Assembly: GCF_963921235.1 (NCBI RefSeq)
Contig: NC_086101.1
Span: 190,464,001-190,528,000, forward strand
DNA length: 64,000 nucleotides
Direction of reading: 5' to 3'
Origin: Mobula hypostoma
Taxonomy: Eukaryota
The notes beneath the pieces were generated by a model that saw nothing but the letters and a program-made list of their open reading frames with translations, was not told the DNA's origin and did not search any database. The position numbers were made by a program, and so were the translations under genes. Positions 63,080 to 64,000 of the stretch are shown piece after piece; position 1 is the first letter of the stretch; each line of letters begins with the position of its first letter.

Positions 63080-63790
63080 TAACACATGAAAAACTGGAGG
63101 AACTATGTGCGTCAGGAGGGAAATAGGCAGATGATGTTTTGGGTTGAGACCGTTCATCAGGACTGGAAATAAAGAGGAGAGATAGACAGTATAAAGAGGG
63201 TAAAGAGGAGGGGGGAGGGATGGAACAAGAGCTGGTGGGTGACAGATGAAATGAGGTGTGATTGGCAGGTCAGGGATGGATATCACTGGCAATGATGCAA
63301 GAAGCTGGAGGTGAGAGGTGGAGATCATAAAGGGTTGAAAAGGATGGAATCTGTTAGGAGCGGACGGTGGACCATGGAATCTGTTAGTAGCAGACAGTGG
63401 ACCATGAAATAAAGGGAAGGAAGTGAGGAGGGGAACTGGAGAGTGGAATGTGCGAGCAGGCAGGAAGAGTGATGAGGTTAGTAATTACTGATCAAAATGG
63501 GGCAGAGGGGAGTGGTTACCAGAAGCTAAAGAAAATGATGTTCATACTTCAGGTTGGAGACTACCAAGGCAGGATATGAGATGGTTGTTCCTGGCAATAG
63601 TGGAGGCGATGAACAGACATATTGGTGTAGAAATGGGAATTGGAATTTAGTTGCAGAAGGGTCCTGGTGTGACAGCAGCAGGGAAGGAAGGAGTTCAGTG
63701 AAGTGAACCCAAATCTATGTTGGGTCTCCTGGATATAGAGGAGGCTGCTTTGGATACAATACATGATACTGATGCATCGCCATGTGAGGG
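63080..63790 (-). mobile_element. Penelope 3' fragment (minus)
   Basis: Reverse-complement GIY-YIG region (YIQETQHR...HFYTNMSVH...QEQP) and degenerate hammerhead terminus at about 63135-63170. Confidence 0.65.
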
Positions 63791-64000
63791 ACTGTTTCAC
63801 CACCTGCACAGTAAAGTAAGGACAATGTCAACTGTTTTATTGATGTTGCTTGAGATATTGGCCAAGTCATCAGGAAGAAACCCTCTGCTGCTTTTGCAGA
63901 TGGTACTATGGGGTCTTTTCTGATCACTTTAGTGAGCTAACTGGAGCATTGTTTATCAGCTCATCTGAAGGAAGCCACTTCCAATGGGGCAAGACTCTGT

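Noticed and set aside
63824-63923. Hydrophobic peptide MSTVLLMLLEIL... as the gene B leader
   Set aside because: It is on the plus strand, opposite to gene B, and ends in a stop without a suitable donor.

Overview
Eukaryotic genomic DNA from a cartilaginous fish, probably a ray or skate; this is inferred from the repeat landscape (CR1 with SGNH-esterase ORF1, Rex/Babar-like LINEs, Penelope elements, V-SINE-like SINEs). Most of the window is decayed, often nested transposable elements. Host coding content is four phase-compatible exons on the minus strand, belonging to two tandem, divergent Siglec-15-like Ig-superfamily receptor genes. Gene B has a V-set exon (59038-59397) and a C2-set+TM exon (53577-53957); its leader exon was not found and its terminal exon is uncertain. 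Gene A has a signal-peptide exon (25819-25876) and a V-set exon (7609-8007); its C2 exon was not found and probably lies left of the window. Gene A keeps the sialic-acid-binding Arg (YFCRVE, codon CGT). Gene B has Cys there (YFCCVW, codon TGT) but keeps a Siglec-15-type transmembrane Lys. Other notable items are kappaB-like motif clusters near gene A, an intact-looking minimal hammerhead ribozyme in a Penelope terminal repeat, an internally deleted hAT transposon with an 8-bp TSD, a nearly intact CR1 ORF2, and two assembly gaps right next to exons. Exon boundaries were read to the base; most repeat boundaries are approximate (tens of bp).
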